From the human T2T-CHM13v2.0 reference genome, Homo sapiens: a DNA stretch of 64,000 nt. The notes beneath the pieces are model-generated. The model did not search any database. It was not told where the DNA came from and saw only the letters and a list, made by a program, of their open reading frames with translations. Made by a program: the position numbers and the translations under genes. Shown here one piece after another: positions 12,097-27,553 of this stretch (the stretch's first letter is position 1; every line of letters begins with the position of its first letter). The stretch lies in assembly GCF_009914755.1 (NCBI RefSeq), contig NC_060940.1, one strand, 5' to 3'.

Positions 12097-12217
12097 CAGT
12101 GACCAACTTGTCCCAATTTGTCTAGGACTTCCCCAATTTTAGAACTGAAAATGCTACATACATACCAGGAAGCCCATTAGTCAGTCAGTCATGAGCAAAC
12201 TGGGATAGCTGTACCCT
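12097..12217. mobile_element. hAT-Blackjack MITE (MER81/MER94-like)
   Basis: gtgaccaacttgtcccaatttg...caaactgggatagctgtaccct with degenerate inverted termini. Confidence 0.6.
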
Positions 12218-13172
12218 CACCCCCAAGACTGTGAGCTCTGTGAGAGCAGGAACCAGCATAGAGCCTGATAGAGAGGAAGATGCAGTGAACATTTGCTTAC
12301 TCCATGCATGCATGCTTGAATAAATGAAGGCTTTGTTCCCAGGCTCCAGTAGATCTGGAGGGAGTATGAAGGTTTGTGTCTCATCACACACAGAGGACAG
12401 AATTCCACTCCCATGTAACTGCTATGCAGAGCACACACACACACCAGACTCCCAAACACCACAGTGCCACCTCAGCTGCACTGTGGGCCTTCAAATATGG
12501 CTGCCAGAGCTTGGAACCAGGCATGAAAACTTCCCAGCTCCAAGGGACCTCCACTTCCAACTGGAGTCTCTCCTGCTCATCAGCAGCCCCAGGCCACCTA
12601 GAACTCCCTGGGCTCCCTCCTGGCCTGGAAGCCACTTACAAACCTGTGCCAACACTGCCACCTCCAGGAGGCCACCCTTTGCACCCACTCCTGCCTAGCC
12701 CTTCCAGCCTCTTTGTTGCCCGAGCTATTGGCCTGCACTTTTAAAGGTTAAATGACAGCACGGTGGGCTGTCCTGTCTTCTTTCTGGGAAAAAGGTGGGA
12801 GGGCACTTGGGATGGGAGAATAAGAAGGCCTTAAATACAGGCTTATCTGGTACATCAGGAGACAGATGTGAATGCAGGAGAATTCATTCATTCAACAGAG
12901 TCAAGGCCCCAGCCCTTCACAAAGCCTGCCATGGTCACAGCATGGCAGGTGGATCACTGGGATGGGGAGTGCCCTCTGTCTAGCTATAGGGCACTGTAAT
13001 ACACACCTGAGCACAACCTCACAATGGAACAGTATAAAGCCGATTAAAAGGAGGCTTTTGGACAATATTAATATGATAAGCTGTTTACAACCTATGGGTA
13101 AACAAAAACAAAGCAGATTGCAGAACAAGAATGTGGATGGATGAATGCCAAAATGACTCTCTGGATCTCTAG

Positions 13173-13668
<496 letters not shown>

Positions 13669-14639
13669 TCAGGAAAGGCTTCCAGGAAGACTGGAAGGAT
13701 GGGATGGCTTTACAGGGAGGCACACTGCGGGGTGGTGTTTAACGCAGAGAGAACAGCGTGGGCAAGGGCACCACACACTTCAAAGGCAAGGGTGAGGTGG
13801 GGAGTGGTAAGATAGCCTGGAAAATAGGGCCAGACATGACCACAAATGGCCACCCTAGGAAAAAAAATGAATTTTGGTCTCATGGGCACTGGAGGCTGTC
13901 AGTCCTCAGAACTGACCCCTCACCACTCCCCATCAAAGGTGAAGCCAGTTTGCCTTGAAGAACTAGTTTCCATTTAACAATTGGACCCTCCGTAAGATGG
14001 GCAGGACTGTAGTCCCAAAAGGATAGAGCCTTCAAGTTCTCACCTCCAGGCCAGCCATGGCCACAGCTGCCTGGCCAATCAGACAGACACGCTGGAAGAA
14101 TCCCATCCCTGGGTACCAGCATTGACCCTCCAGTCCTGTGCTCTAAAGGGGGCTCACTGCCTTGTGGGGACCAGGGCATGCTGCCCCACCATTCACAACA
14201 GAGCCAGGTGTGAACTGGGCCCAGGGCCACTCCACCGCCTGGAGGCAGACTTCCAGCCACTGGTGGGATGGCTGCCACCAAACACAGAATCCAGGTGTCA
14301 GAAGGAAATTAAAACAAATGACCCTGCCACATTTTTTATCATCCATTCATAAAAAATACAAGAGCAACATGGAAGAAAAATAGGTCACTTCAGTGAGATT
14401 TACAGCAACTTAGAGATCTAAACATCACCCGAAGGTCTTCTGCCTCCATCTGGCTTCAAAAGGCCAGGTCTGATTGACCCAGAAACAGAAGAGAAAGTCC
14501 AGAACCCAGACAAAGTGAGGTAATGGCTCCGGGCACCAACAACACAAGGGCACCTTCGGCCTCACATGGCAGGTGGTCCCAGGACCCATGACTGCCAGCC
14601 AGGAAGGAGAAACCTATAAACAAACCCCCAGGACAACCC

Positions 14640-14930
14640 ACACACCTGCCCATGCTATCCACAGCAGCCAGAGGGATCTGTTAAACACACACACCGGATC
14701 CTGTCACCCTTCTGCTGACCTCTTCCAATGGCTTCCCACTAGGCTTGGAATAAAATCCCCACCCCTTTCCATGGCCTGCGAGGCACTATGTGATCTGGCC
14801 CCAGCCCCATGCCATGCCCTCACCTCACCGCTCCCTGGGTACCTACCCCCGGGGTCCCTGCCGGTACCCCGACGCCCTGTGTCACCTCTGCTTCCCCAGG
14901 GCCTTTGCACATGCTCTCCCCACTGTCTGC
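14640..14930 (+). mobile_element. L2 fragment (probably continues at 16300-16600)
   Basis: gccagagggatct...ccaatggcttccc...gggcctttgcacatgct; 3' end agtaggtgctcagtaaatatttgttgaatgaatgaat at about 16557-16595. Confidence 0.65.
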
Positions 14931-15025
14931 AGTACTCTCCCCACTAGGCTCCACCCACTTACCTCTTGCTCCTCTCAGACCCAGGGTCAAGATGTGGGGA
15001 GAACCTATATACAGAAAAGAGCATT

Positions 15026-15326
<301 letters not shown>

Positions 15327-15492
15327 AAAGAGCACTTTCCCTACTCATAATTCAAAATAAAAAACACTAAATTATAAAATAACTATAAAGAAGCCTTGAT
15401 AAAATTTACGTATTATTTACTTATGCATCCTCTAATGCTTTAAAAAAAAATACTAGTGCCCTAAGCACTTCCTTGCAGATTTGCAGATCTTA

Positions 15493-15627
15493 TTTTACTT
15501 ACTTATTTATTTATTTATTTTTTTGAGACAGAGTTTAGCTCTGTCACGCAGGCTAATGTGCAATGGTGCGATCTTGGCTCACCGCAACCTCCACCTCCCA
15601 GGTTCAAGCGATTCTATGATTCAGCCT
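15493..15627 (-). mobile_element. Alu 3' fragment (tail plus part of right arm)
   Basis: T-rich tail, then gagacagagtt...ggttcaagcgattct...cagcct, ending abruptly next to the MRPS21 pseudogene. Confidence 0.9.
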
Positions 15628-15634
15628 TAAAAAA

Positions 15635-15978
15635 GAAGGCGGGCTGGGACTGAGCTCATGAGGGCCTGCAGAGTGGAGACTTAAATCCAAGGTCAGGGCA
15701 AAACATCTGGAGTTCATTGCCAGGACTGTGATGTTACAGAAAAGGACCGTGAAAGGTGCGTGCGGGACCCAACACAGAATCGTGGCCATGAATGGGCTCG
15801 CTGAGGACATTCGACATCAGCGGTGCCATGAGAAGCCATGCCACCAGCAACAGGGGAAAGCTACGGAACCTGCCGGCAGATCTACAGCATGGAGATGGCT
15901 CCAAAGATCAACCTCTTGGTGGAAAAGAACTGGCTGGATCGGCGGAGCTGCTGAGCCTGTGGATACGACACCCACCAC
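15635..15978 (+). pseudogene. Processed pseudogene of mitochondrial ribosomal protein S21 (MRPS21)
   Basis: 15695-15954 translates as (R)AKHLEFIARTVMLQKRTVKGACGTQHRIVAMNGLAEDIRHQRCHEKPCHQQQ, then a 1-nt deletion near 15854, then ESYGTCRQIYSMEMAPKINLLVEKNWLDRRSC*. This aligns with recalled MRPS21 ([49 protein letters not shown]...[33 protein letters not shown]). Start ATG is mutated to AGG, there is a frameshift, and no intron. The pseudogene number is not assigned. Confidence 0.92.
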
Positions 15979-16283
15979 TTTTTTCTTTTCTTTTTTTTTT
16001 CTTTTTTGAGGTAGAGTCTTACTCTGCCCCCCTGGCTAGAGTGTAGCGGCAAGATCTCAGCCCACTGCAACCTCTGTCTCCAGGGTTCAACCGCCTCAGC
16101 CTCCCCAGTAGCTGGGATTACAGGTGTGTGCCACCATGTCCAGCTAATTTTTTTTGTATTTTTAGTAGAGATGTGGTTTCACCATGTTGGCCAGGCTGGT
16201 CTCAAACTCCTAACCTCAAGTGATCTGCCCGTCTCGGCTTCCCAAAGTGCTGAGATTACAGGCATGAGCCACCATGCCCTGCT
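15979..16283 (-). mobile_element. AluS
   Basis: Full-length Alu whose T tail directly abuts the pseudogene 3' region. Confidence 0.93.
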
Positions 16284-17220
16284 CTTCCTTGCAGAACTTA
16301 GCTCCAACTCTACCACCTCAGGGACCCCTCCCCGACATCCTCCACTGCCCACATGCCACAGGGACCCAACACGTGCTACCCGCACAGCCTTTCACAGGCC
16401 ATGGATGTACCTTCCCCTAGAAGCACTTGCGGAGGCTGTCATTTTCCCACTGCTTGTCTGATTCTTGGACTAATGTCTGTTCCCCCCAGCACACCCTCAG
16501 CTCCACAGTGAGGACAATGCCTGCCTCCTCCTGCTTCAGCACAGGGCATGGGACCTAGTAGGTGCTCAGTAAATATTTGTTGAATGAATGAATGAACTAA
16601 TAACCCCATGAATGAATGGGCGGGGGGTAAAGATTCACATTACAAACTTGCTCTTCAGTGAAACAGAAAGATCCATCACTGAGCTCCTGGGAAGAGCTGA
16701 TTTCCCTAAGGAATTCAAATAGTTATTTCAGCAAACATTTACAAGACACCTACTATGTACCAGGCCCTGAGGACATAAGGATGAACAAGACAGGCCTTAT
16801 CCTCCAGCAGCTCGGCCCAGAAAAGACAAACGCATAAAAAACTCAAACGTTCAGCAGCCGTTTATATATATATATATGAAAACGGAGCTTCGGAGCCCTG
16901 GGGGAAAGCCAAGGAAACAAAGCTGACTTCAGAAGCACCATCATTTCCTGCCTCTTGTCTCCCCCAACCATCCCTCGAGGTCAGGACGCTGCTGTTCTCA
17001 GCAGGTGCCACCCTGCTCGGTGTAACAGAGGCACACAAATCTGACTCTTCCCTGAAGCAGGGGTTCTTCACAATGACATCATCTTAGTGCCCGAGAGGCT
17101 GCCTTTTTTCATGGAAGACACGTTTATCAGGTTCCTACACCACGCCAGGTACGATGCCAGCCACTCCAGGTATGGAAACGAGACCATGGTCCCCGCCCTC
17201 AACAAGGGGTGCATCTAGTT

Positions 17221-17790
17221 CAGCAGCTCTCAGCCAGGGGCAGCAACCGCCCTTCAGGAGCATTTTTCAAGTGCCACTGCTATCGTCTGAATGTTTACGT
17301 CCCCCCAAAATTTGTATGTTGAAACCTAACCAAGATGATGGTATTAAGAAGTGGGGCTTTTGGCGGGTGATTAGGTCATGAGGGTTCCATCCCTACGAGT
17401 GCGATCAGTTTCCTTATCAAAAAGCCCCAACATAGCTTATTAGTCCCTTTTTGCCCTTGCACCAGAGGGCACATAGAAGTCTCCATCTATGAGGAGTGGG
17501 CCCTTACCAGACACGGAATCTCCTGGCACCTTGATTTTGGACTTCCCAGCCTCCAGGACTGTGAACGACAAATTTCTGTTGCATGTAAATCACACAATCA
17601 GTCTCAGATATTTTGTTATAGCAGCCAGAGCGGACTGAGGCAGCCACAATAATCAGGGAGGTTGCTACTGGCATCTAGTGGGCAATGCCAAGGATGCTGA
17701 ATGTCTTGCCAAGCAAGGAACAGTCCTCAGAATGAAGAATTATGCTCCACTACATGCCACATGTAGAACAGTTGAAACTCTAGAACAAAT
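17221..17790 (+). mobile_element. MER20-like hAT DNA transposon split by the MLT1A LTR
   Basis: cagcagctctcagccagggg before the LTR and tgctactggcatctagtggg...aggatgctg...gaagaattat after it. Confidence 0.6.
17278..17642 (+). mobile_element. MaLR solo LTR (MLT1A-like)
   Basis: TG...CA ends, motif ggcaccttgattttggacttcccagcctccaggactgtga, and a perfect 5-bp TSD GCCAC (17273-17277, 17643-17647). Confidence 0.88.
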
Positions 17791-18019
17791 CTATCAGCCT
17801 AAAATAAACCAACAAACTCTCCCTTGACTTGCACACAGTTGCTAGAGATAGCGAGCCAAAAGTACAAATAACAATAATGACAATAATCTATAGTCCGAAG
17901 AGGTGACCTGCTCGTCATGTCTAGTTTTGGACCCTAAAACACCTCAGCTCTCACCAAAATTCTTCTTCCACACTTCCCAGGTCCTCCCTGCCTCCATAGT
18001 TGGCCTATCCTTCCTAAAG

Positions 18020-18175
18020 TCCTTGCTACTCCGGTGTGGTTCAGTAGCATCTGCATCCCCAGGGAGTTTGTAAGAAATGTAGACTCTCCGGCACCCCAGG
18101 TCTGTTCAAATGGAACTGCATTTTCATAAGATTCCAAGTGATCATAAGGACCTAAACGCCTAAGAAGCACTGCCT
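18020..18175. mobile_element. MER5A-like hAT-Charlie MITE
   Basis: agcatctgcatccccagggagtttgtaagaaatgtagactctc...ctgcattttcataagattccaagtgat...agaagcactg. Confidence 0.75.
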
Positions 18176-18749
18176 GAAGTCACTTCAGGGCCGACTCTGG
18201 CACTTTCTGCTCAAAAGTCACCAGGCGGCAGAAGTAGTGAGGGAGACTCCATCCCTGCATCCTCTCCATCCCCGGCATCCTGGTGAGATGGCACAGCACC
18301 TCTGTGCAGAGCAGCCGGGTGCCACTGGAATGACAGGTGGCTCTTAATGGTGGGAAAACAAGAGAGGGGACTCCACAAAAAGTCAAACAGGTGTCCAGCC
18401 TTAAGGAACCCACCTGGGGAAGATTCTCATTTAAGCTCCATACCAGTCAAGAGGTGACAACACGTGGCAATGCTAAGGAACACTGTTTAATTCCCGAGGG
18501 GCTTGCCAGCCTGAGAGGACCCAGAATGAGTGTAAAATGAGGTTGCAATGTCTCCCTCAGCACCAGACAACACCTGTGCCCCACCCCCAGGCTTCACTTG
18601 GGGACATGGGGCTCAGATCCAAGTCTTATTTCAGGGTTTCTCTCCCAGCTGCACCAGAAGCTGCCGGGTAGGCAGGTACTGACTCCCCTCTGTGGGCCCC
18701 TCAAGCACAGTATGTAAAGCCAAGTTGGTACTAGGGTGACGACTGTGGA

Positions 18750-18870
18750 ACGGGGTGAGATGGGATGGGATGGGACAGGATAGGATGGAATGAGAGGGGT
18801 GGAATGGGATGAGTAGAGCAGGTGGGATAAAATAAGATGCAATGGAACAGAATGTTGGAATGAAGGAAAG
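18750..18870. repeat. Degenerate (GGATG/GGAAT)n pentamer repeat
   Basis: gatgggatgggatgggacaggataggatggaatgag...ggaatgggatgag. Confidence 0.75.
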
Positions 18871-19219
18871 AGAAGGTTACAGAGGCTGGGCCCAACGATG
18901 CCCCTTCTCCTTATCAACCATGGAAAAAAGTGTTCCTACAGGGAGACGTGTACAAGAATGTTTACTATAGTGAACAACTGGAAACACCCTAAATACCCCC
19001 CACCAGGGGCCTGCTGCATAAAGCACGGGGCATCCACACTACGCAAGCCCCACAGCAGCTAATAAGAAGTAGGGAGATGTACCCGCTGAGGTGAGAAGCT
19101 CTCTGAGGTCTAATACTAAATGGAAAAAAAGCAAGTTGCAGAATGATAGATCCAATATGGTATCATTCATTTTTTAATCAAAAATCAATATAACATTGTT
19201 TCTGTGGATACACATAACA

Positions 19220-19395
19220 CTATATTTCACTGAACGTAAGACACCGTGGATGGTAAAATGCACCATTATTTTACAGACCACTGAAAAAGAAAAACAAAAC
19301 CCACTGTCAATTAAACCATGACAAGCCACTAGTTGAAAGATGCACCTCAATTTCAGAAATGTTAAAATGTGTCTTAGAATCTATGAAATACAGTA
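19220..19395. mobile_element. TcMar-Tc2 MITE (MER104/Kanga-like)
   Basis: Terminal inverted repeats ctatatttcactgaacgtaagacac and gtgtcttagaatctatgaaatacag, followed by TA. Confidence 0.7.
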
Positions 19396-19520
19396 TTACG
19401 TAAAGGTGTAGGAGAAGGTCTGGAATCAAGAAAGCCAAAATGGTAATAACAGTAGTTAACAAGGGGGTGGGGACAGCCTGAAGCCTATCTTTGAAATTTT
19501 TACAAACAGAATACATTTAT

Positions 19521-19833
<313 letters not shown>

Positions 19834-22068
19834 AAGAATACATTTATGTATTACTGTGATATTTGATCACATTTAATTGTTTTAAAATAATGAGGGAAGG
19901 CCTTCTCTGCTCCTCACTTGGAGGCAAAGTGATGCTGATAACATAGGGGCCTGCATTGGTCACAGAAGGAACGGGCGCCCGCACTGCTAATGCACGGTGG
20001 GGCTCGCGTGCCTGAGCAGGTGGGGTGCCGCAAAGCTTTGTGAAGAGGAGAAAAAAAGCTCTTAGGAATGTCCAGAGGGGAAAGTGCCATTGGAAAAAAA
20101 AGAAACAATAGAAAGAGAATTTGATTTCGGGAAACAAACAATTCATAATCCACTGATAGAGGGCTACTCAGGGGCTGAGGGTTGGCCCCCAAAACAGCTC
20201 CTTCATCTCCCCTCACTGCCCTCTGCAAAAGCAGTTTGGAAAGTCATAATGCCATCCTGAATGCATCCCTCGCTAGGGACCTCCTCAGACTCAAGCTTCT
20301 AATTCCACCTTAATATCCAATTCTGTGTGTCAGGGACGGCTGAACCTCGGCCTGCAGCCGCCACATCACCTTGCCCTGCACACAAATAAAAATAGCTTTG
20401 GTGCTCAGAGCACCGGTTCCCTTGTCTTATCCTCTGGGGGTCCCGGGAGCGGCGCGATCCGCGAGTGGAAACCACGTGTGATGGAAATACATAATGAACA
20501 AAGAGGCTCCGCGGATGCATCCTTGACCTTCCTGCTTTTCCTTGACCTCTCCACTGCCATTGTCCCTATGAAGCCACAAACAGAATGACACCGTCGTGCA
20601 GGTGACAGCCACAGAATGCCTTCCATTGCCAATTTCTCCAGGAGTTAAGCAGAAAATGGATTTAATCAGAATGATAACTGATTCATGTCGCCATTTATGC
20701 AAATAAAGTTTTGGCAGCTCAGGCCTCCATTTGTACACCTCCACTTGCCAGGCGCTGGGCCTCCAGTCTGACAAATCTGCTCCTCTGCTCCATCATCTGT
20801 GGCCTTACAGAGCAAGACCAAAGTGCTGGCAATTGGCTTGTCCCAGGAAAAGGGACCACCAAAAGCTAAAAGCCCACAGTCACCTGACATAGCCTCAGGG
20901 TCCAGGAGAAACAGGGCACCACCCACTCCCCCACACAAATCACACAGGAAACTGCTATAAACTGGGGCTGATCTCCAAAATCTGACTTCTGAGCATTTGC
21001 TCATCCGCAGGATCTAAGAGAGCCCAGGGAGTGGGGTGGGTACAAAGGATATTTGCCACTGTCCCCTCTAGATCCGCCCCCACCTTGGTCCATTCCTGCT
21101 CTGTGTTCCTGCAGCGACTGCAGTGGGGGAGGAGACAGATTTGGGGTAGTTATTCTCCCAGCCTCTGCCCTGCCCTGCTGCACCCCTCTCCCTCAGCAGC
21201 CTCCCTACAGCCAGTCTCTCCAGGTGGCCTAAATGCCCCTCCCCGCACCCTGGCAGGTTCTCAGGATGATGCCCCACTCCTGGACAGCTCCCCTTCTTCC
21301 CCTGCCCGCTTCTGCAAATGGGCCCTTTATTAAATGCTCCTCCATCTCCCGGTTTGAGTGTGCCATCTGTTTTCTGTTGGGACCCTGACCAAGGGGGTAT
21401 TCTTTAAAGAATTTTTAAGTAAATATGTCTGCAAGGTGTTTGTTGAGACTGTGATAAAAAGGCATTCGAGGAAGCAGTGTGAAAGATGCCATCCGTGAGA
21501 CTGGAGAGACAGAAAGTCAGTGATCAGACACGCAGGCCCAGAGAATGTGGGCGAAGAGGGAATCTTCCAGTAACTCACTCCCCCGCTGCCAGGGCCCCCA
21601 TCCCTCCCCTGTGATCTGGCTGTGTGGAGTCAATGACCAGTGGCTTTCTCCCTGCAACTCCATCACGCCTCCCACAGGGCAGACAAGTCAGCCCGGCAGT
21701 GTGGTAAAGGAAGGAGGAGAGAGTGAACCCACCAGGCACAGTTGCTTCTGAAGCCCAGCTCTGGGTCTCTTGCTTAACGCCCCAGCAGTGCTTCTCAAAT
21801 CCCATCCCCAGGAGCCGGAGCATCTTCCTGTGCCCTGCAGACGGCTCATTCTCCCAGGAGATCATGGGCTCCGAAGGGCGGGAGCCAATTGTATTTATTC
21901 ATCACCTCACACATGATGGTATGACGGTATGACGAAGCACCCGGTGCTTACCTCCTTATTATCTGTTTCCCCAACCAGGGCAGGGATCTGGTCTACTCAG
22001 GGTGCTGCTATATTTCAACACGCAGCCAGGGCCTAGTACATACTAGGAGCTAAATTAAAAACTGATGG

Positions 22069-22478
<410 letters not shown>

Positions 22479-22749
22479 ATGGGTGGTCTGAAATATGAAC
22501 TGCCCCCTCCACTGAAGACCGAAATGCACCCTGGGGTTTGTCCCGCGGCCCCTGCTCTCCAGCCCCCAGGAAGCCATGGGAAGAGCCATTTCTGGAATGG
22601 GAAGGGAGGTGTGAGTTGGGTGTGGCTTGGTGGAATTTGAGGAGGGGAAGGCTTCTTTCCAGTCCCGAGGAGACGGCCCAGCTGCAAGCCCCCAAGAATT
22701 CCTGGTGTTCGTGCCATCCAAGGGAACAACTTAGCACCACCCAGGCCAC

Positions 22750-23150
22750 TTCCAACAAATCACTGAGTAAGTATTCCCTGAGCATTTACTATGCACCAGG
22801 TCTGCCACAAGGCCAGAGACAGGAACAGGCATGAGGGAGACAGCACAGGACGGGACTCCTAAGAGGGTCACCTTCGAGTGGCAGAGACAATAATTCAAAA
22901 ACATCAAGCAATCACTGCCATAAAGGAAATAAATGGTGTGATGTGTTTGGCGTTGAAGGGAGCCGCTGCTGCAGGAGACGGGGGAGGGTGTCAGCAAGGA
23001 GGGCCGCGCTGAGGAGGTGACCTTGGAGACACAGAAGGAAGTGAGAGAGCTATCCACGTGAAAAGCTGAAAGAACACCCGGGGAAGGCAGGTGGTGCAAA
23101 GGCCCTGCAGTGGAATGAGCACGGCCTGTTGACGGCTCAAGAGGAGGAAC
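22750..23150 (-). mobile_element. L2 fragment
   Basis: ctgagcatttactatgcaccagg, gaggaggtgacctt and tgcaaaggccctg. Confidence 0.65.
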
Positions 23151-23153
23151 TGA

Positions 23154-23783
<630 letters not shown>

Positions 23784-25199
23784 TCAGATGCAAGCTGTCC
23801 TGAGGACAGCGGAGGGCAGTTGAGGAGAAAAGGCTGGGTACAGGCTGGGTGCCCACAGGCAGATGCCAGCCATTGCCCCTCCCAAGTCTCCCTGCTGCCT
23901 GCCCCTCAGCCACCTTCCTTCCACCTACCTCCCACAACACACCCCACCAACCCTCAGAGGGGTCAGACCCGCTCCAGCAGATCTGACCTCATCACCCCCA
24001 TCATGAGGCAGCACCAACCTGCTCAGCCAAGCCCTTGGAGAGGCTGAGACACTCCATATCCAAGGGCGGGGACAGAGGTGCAGGTGTGCTCCCCCAAGCT
24101 GGCTGCCATTCCCCCACCTGCAGAGCCACCTCGCCTGCCTCAGTCTTCCCACATGCACCCCCATACCCATGACGTCATTTCCAAAGGCAGCCAAATCCTA
24201 GCCAGTCAACTCCAAAATAAAACTGTTTAACACAAAATGAAGCATTTTATAATCCCCTGTACATTTTTTCTCTGAGTTGGCACAGAGTGTTTAAAAACAC
24301 TGCCAAAACACTCAACCAATAGTAGCGCTTTATTTTAGACCAGTGCCAGAGTTAAATTTCCTTGCTCTTTTCCTGTTCCGAATCCCCCGCCTCTCCCTGC
24401 TCCCCGGCTTTTGCTGCGACACTAGAAGCAGTTCCTCCTGATCGCCCCTCTGAGCCACTAGGCCAGTGGGCTGGGGTGCTGGGGAGGCTGTGACCAGAGG
24501 AAAGTGGAATCCGCATTACGGGATGATCTGCTGGGAGCACTCCTTGACCTGCAAGCCCCAGTCAGCGGGAGATAAATTTGGTTGGTTTCTCATTTTGTTT
24601 GGGGATGTTCTTTATTTTTCTGTATTAGGGTGTCATGTTAGGGATGTCAATCACAGGATCTCAAGGTTTGAAGGAACCTGATAAATCCACATGCCCATCT
24701 CTCAGCCCCAAGCCTGCATCCCACTCTCCTCCCCCGCCACCCTCTGATGTGTTCATCTCCAGGCTTGCAAAGACTCTCACCAACCAAAACATCACTCCTT
24801 ACACATAGGCCAGGCAGGTGTCCCTGGGGACTTCTGGAATTGGTCCTGGTCTGGCCCTTGGAGTATCAACATTAATGGAGAAAGGGGTGGACAGGTCTCA
24901 TCCCCACTCCCCCACTGCCCTGGCACACAGAGGCATCTTACCCAGAGGCAATAATAAAAGCATCAGCCACTCAAGCCATACCTTCACCATCATAGGAACA
25001 GGCCCCCATGGAACTGGTAGGGCTGGCTGGACTTCCAGCCAAGCTCTTGCCTACCCCTCAGTTCAGGAGGTCAGGTCACCTGCTGTCTAGGTTAAATGGC
25101 CTCAGCTCCTTCTCTCTTCAGGCTGCTTCTGCGGCCAGCATCCATCCCCACTTCTTCTGCTAGCAGCACCCTGATTTCCTCTGGGGAAACTTTTCAGGT

Positions 25200-25420
25200 C
25201 TGCTATTCAGAGCACTTGACTTGACCTGAGCCAAAAGCCATCATGGCATTCCTCAGAGCCAGGAGATGCAGGAAGACTGGGTCCTTCGCCCTTCACTGGA
25301 GTCCCTGGATTCAGCTGCACCTGAAGATAGTCCTACACCTAGGTTTCTATTTACATGAGCCAATACATTGCACTGTTTGATTTCAGCTGGTTAGGATTTG
25401 GTTGTCTGACACTGGTCGGC
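25200..25420 (+). mobile_element. Old MLT1 LTR fragment
   Basis: cctggattcagctgcacctgaag...tacatgagccaataca. Confidence 0.5.
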
Positions 25421-25832
25421 AGGGAATCCCAACCTTCCAACTTGCAAGCATGACCCTGAGATCTCTCCTTCTCTGTCCTCCCTGAACCACTCCCTCCAGC
25501 AACACACAGAACAGACACTCTTTCTGCTTCTGCTGACATAGCGTCAGAGCACAGTAAATAACCCTTTGGCAGTGAACCGGCTCCTGTTCTTCATTTCCAC
25601 ACCACTCATGCACACATTGGCCAGTACTGAACTACTGGACTACCCCACAGAGGGAGGGGACCAACCAACTCATAGGAGTACATTCAAGAATCCCCTGGCC
25701 AAAGTTATCGAGGGGCCCAGTAAGCTACACAAGGGCAGGAACTGTTGTCTGTTTTGCTCACCCAGTGCTCACCCAGTGTTTTGCTCACCCAGTTCCCAGC
25801 ACACAGTAGATGCTTTTAAAAAAAGCCTCTGT

Positions 25833-26613
<781 letters not shown>

Positions 26614-27173
26614 CAGTTATAATAAAGGACTCTTCTAGAACAACTCCCCTCTATTTGCCTCTTTTACCCCAAAATCAGGTCAGGATCCCAGCTGGAGGCT
26701 ATTCCTATCCTCACCCACAGGCATTTCTCAAAGCTTTTGCAAACCTCAAATTGGTAGTAACCGAGATTGATTACTCAGGGAACACAATTTTCAGATCTTT
26801 ATGCCCAACAGAATCCAGAATTAGCACAAGCACCTCCAGGAGAAAGGCAGCAGGGCCTCTCTGGGGGGCTCTGGCCTTTGCTTTTCCCGCCCAGGGGTGA
26901 GACAGAGGATAAGGAGGGCAGGAAGTGCCGGCCTAATGAAAAAGCAGACCTGACGGGAAAGGAAGAGCAGCTCCACGTGACGGGCCCTGAGCTGGCTCAG
27001 TGACACTGAGGTTTTAGAGCTATACACTAATACACTGGGGGAAAAAACTTATTATTGAAATATCTACAGAATAAAGAAAAGACCTTGTTAGTGCAATTTT
27101 AGAATACGTAGCTGCATCCCTCTTTCTCCCTCTGGCTGATGGCAAATGATGTGGTTTTTTGGTAACACTTGGG

Positions 27174-27553
27174 TGATATAGTCTGGCTCTGTGTCCCCAC
27201 CCAAATCTCATGTGGAATTGTAATTCCCAGTGTTGGGGAAGGGGCCTGGTGAGAGGTGATTAGATCATGGGGGCAGATTTCCCCCTTGCTGTGCTGGTGA
27301 TGAGTGAGTCTCACAAGATGTGGTTGTTTAAAAGTGTGTGGCACCTCCCCCTCACCCTATCTCTCCTGATTCACCATGCTATGATGTCCTTGCTACCCCT
27401 TCACCTTCCGCCATGATCGTAAGTTTCCTGAGGCCTCCCAGCCATGCTGCCTGTACAGCCTGAGGAAATGCAAGTCAATTAAAAACCTCTTTTCTTCATC
27501 AATTACCCAGTCTCAGGTAGTTCTTTATAGCAGTGTGAAAATGAACTAATATA
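27174..27553 (+). mobile_element. MaLR solo LTR (MSTA-like)
   Basis: tgatatagtctggctctgtgtccccacccaaatctcatg...ttctttatagcagtgtgaaaatgaactaata; TSD (t/c)tggg. Confidence 0.88.

Noticed and set aside
15728-16009. 93-aa ORF with MRPS21 similarity as a functional retrogene
   Set aside because: The native ATG is lost, a frameshift occurs near 15854, there are many non-conservative changes, and the ORF runs into an Alu T tail.
18056-18066. Isolated EBF-consensus sites (also near 24821 and 56871)
   Set aside because: Single 10-bp matches are frequent in this GC-rich window and one lies inside a MITE, so they are uninformative without clustering.
18750-18870. GGAAT-like pentamers suggesting a satellite II/III insertion
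   Set aside because: Short and degenerate; adequately explained as a simple repeat.
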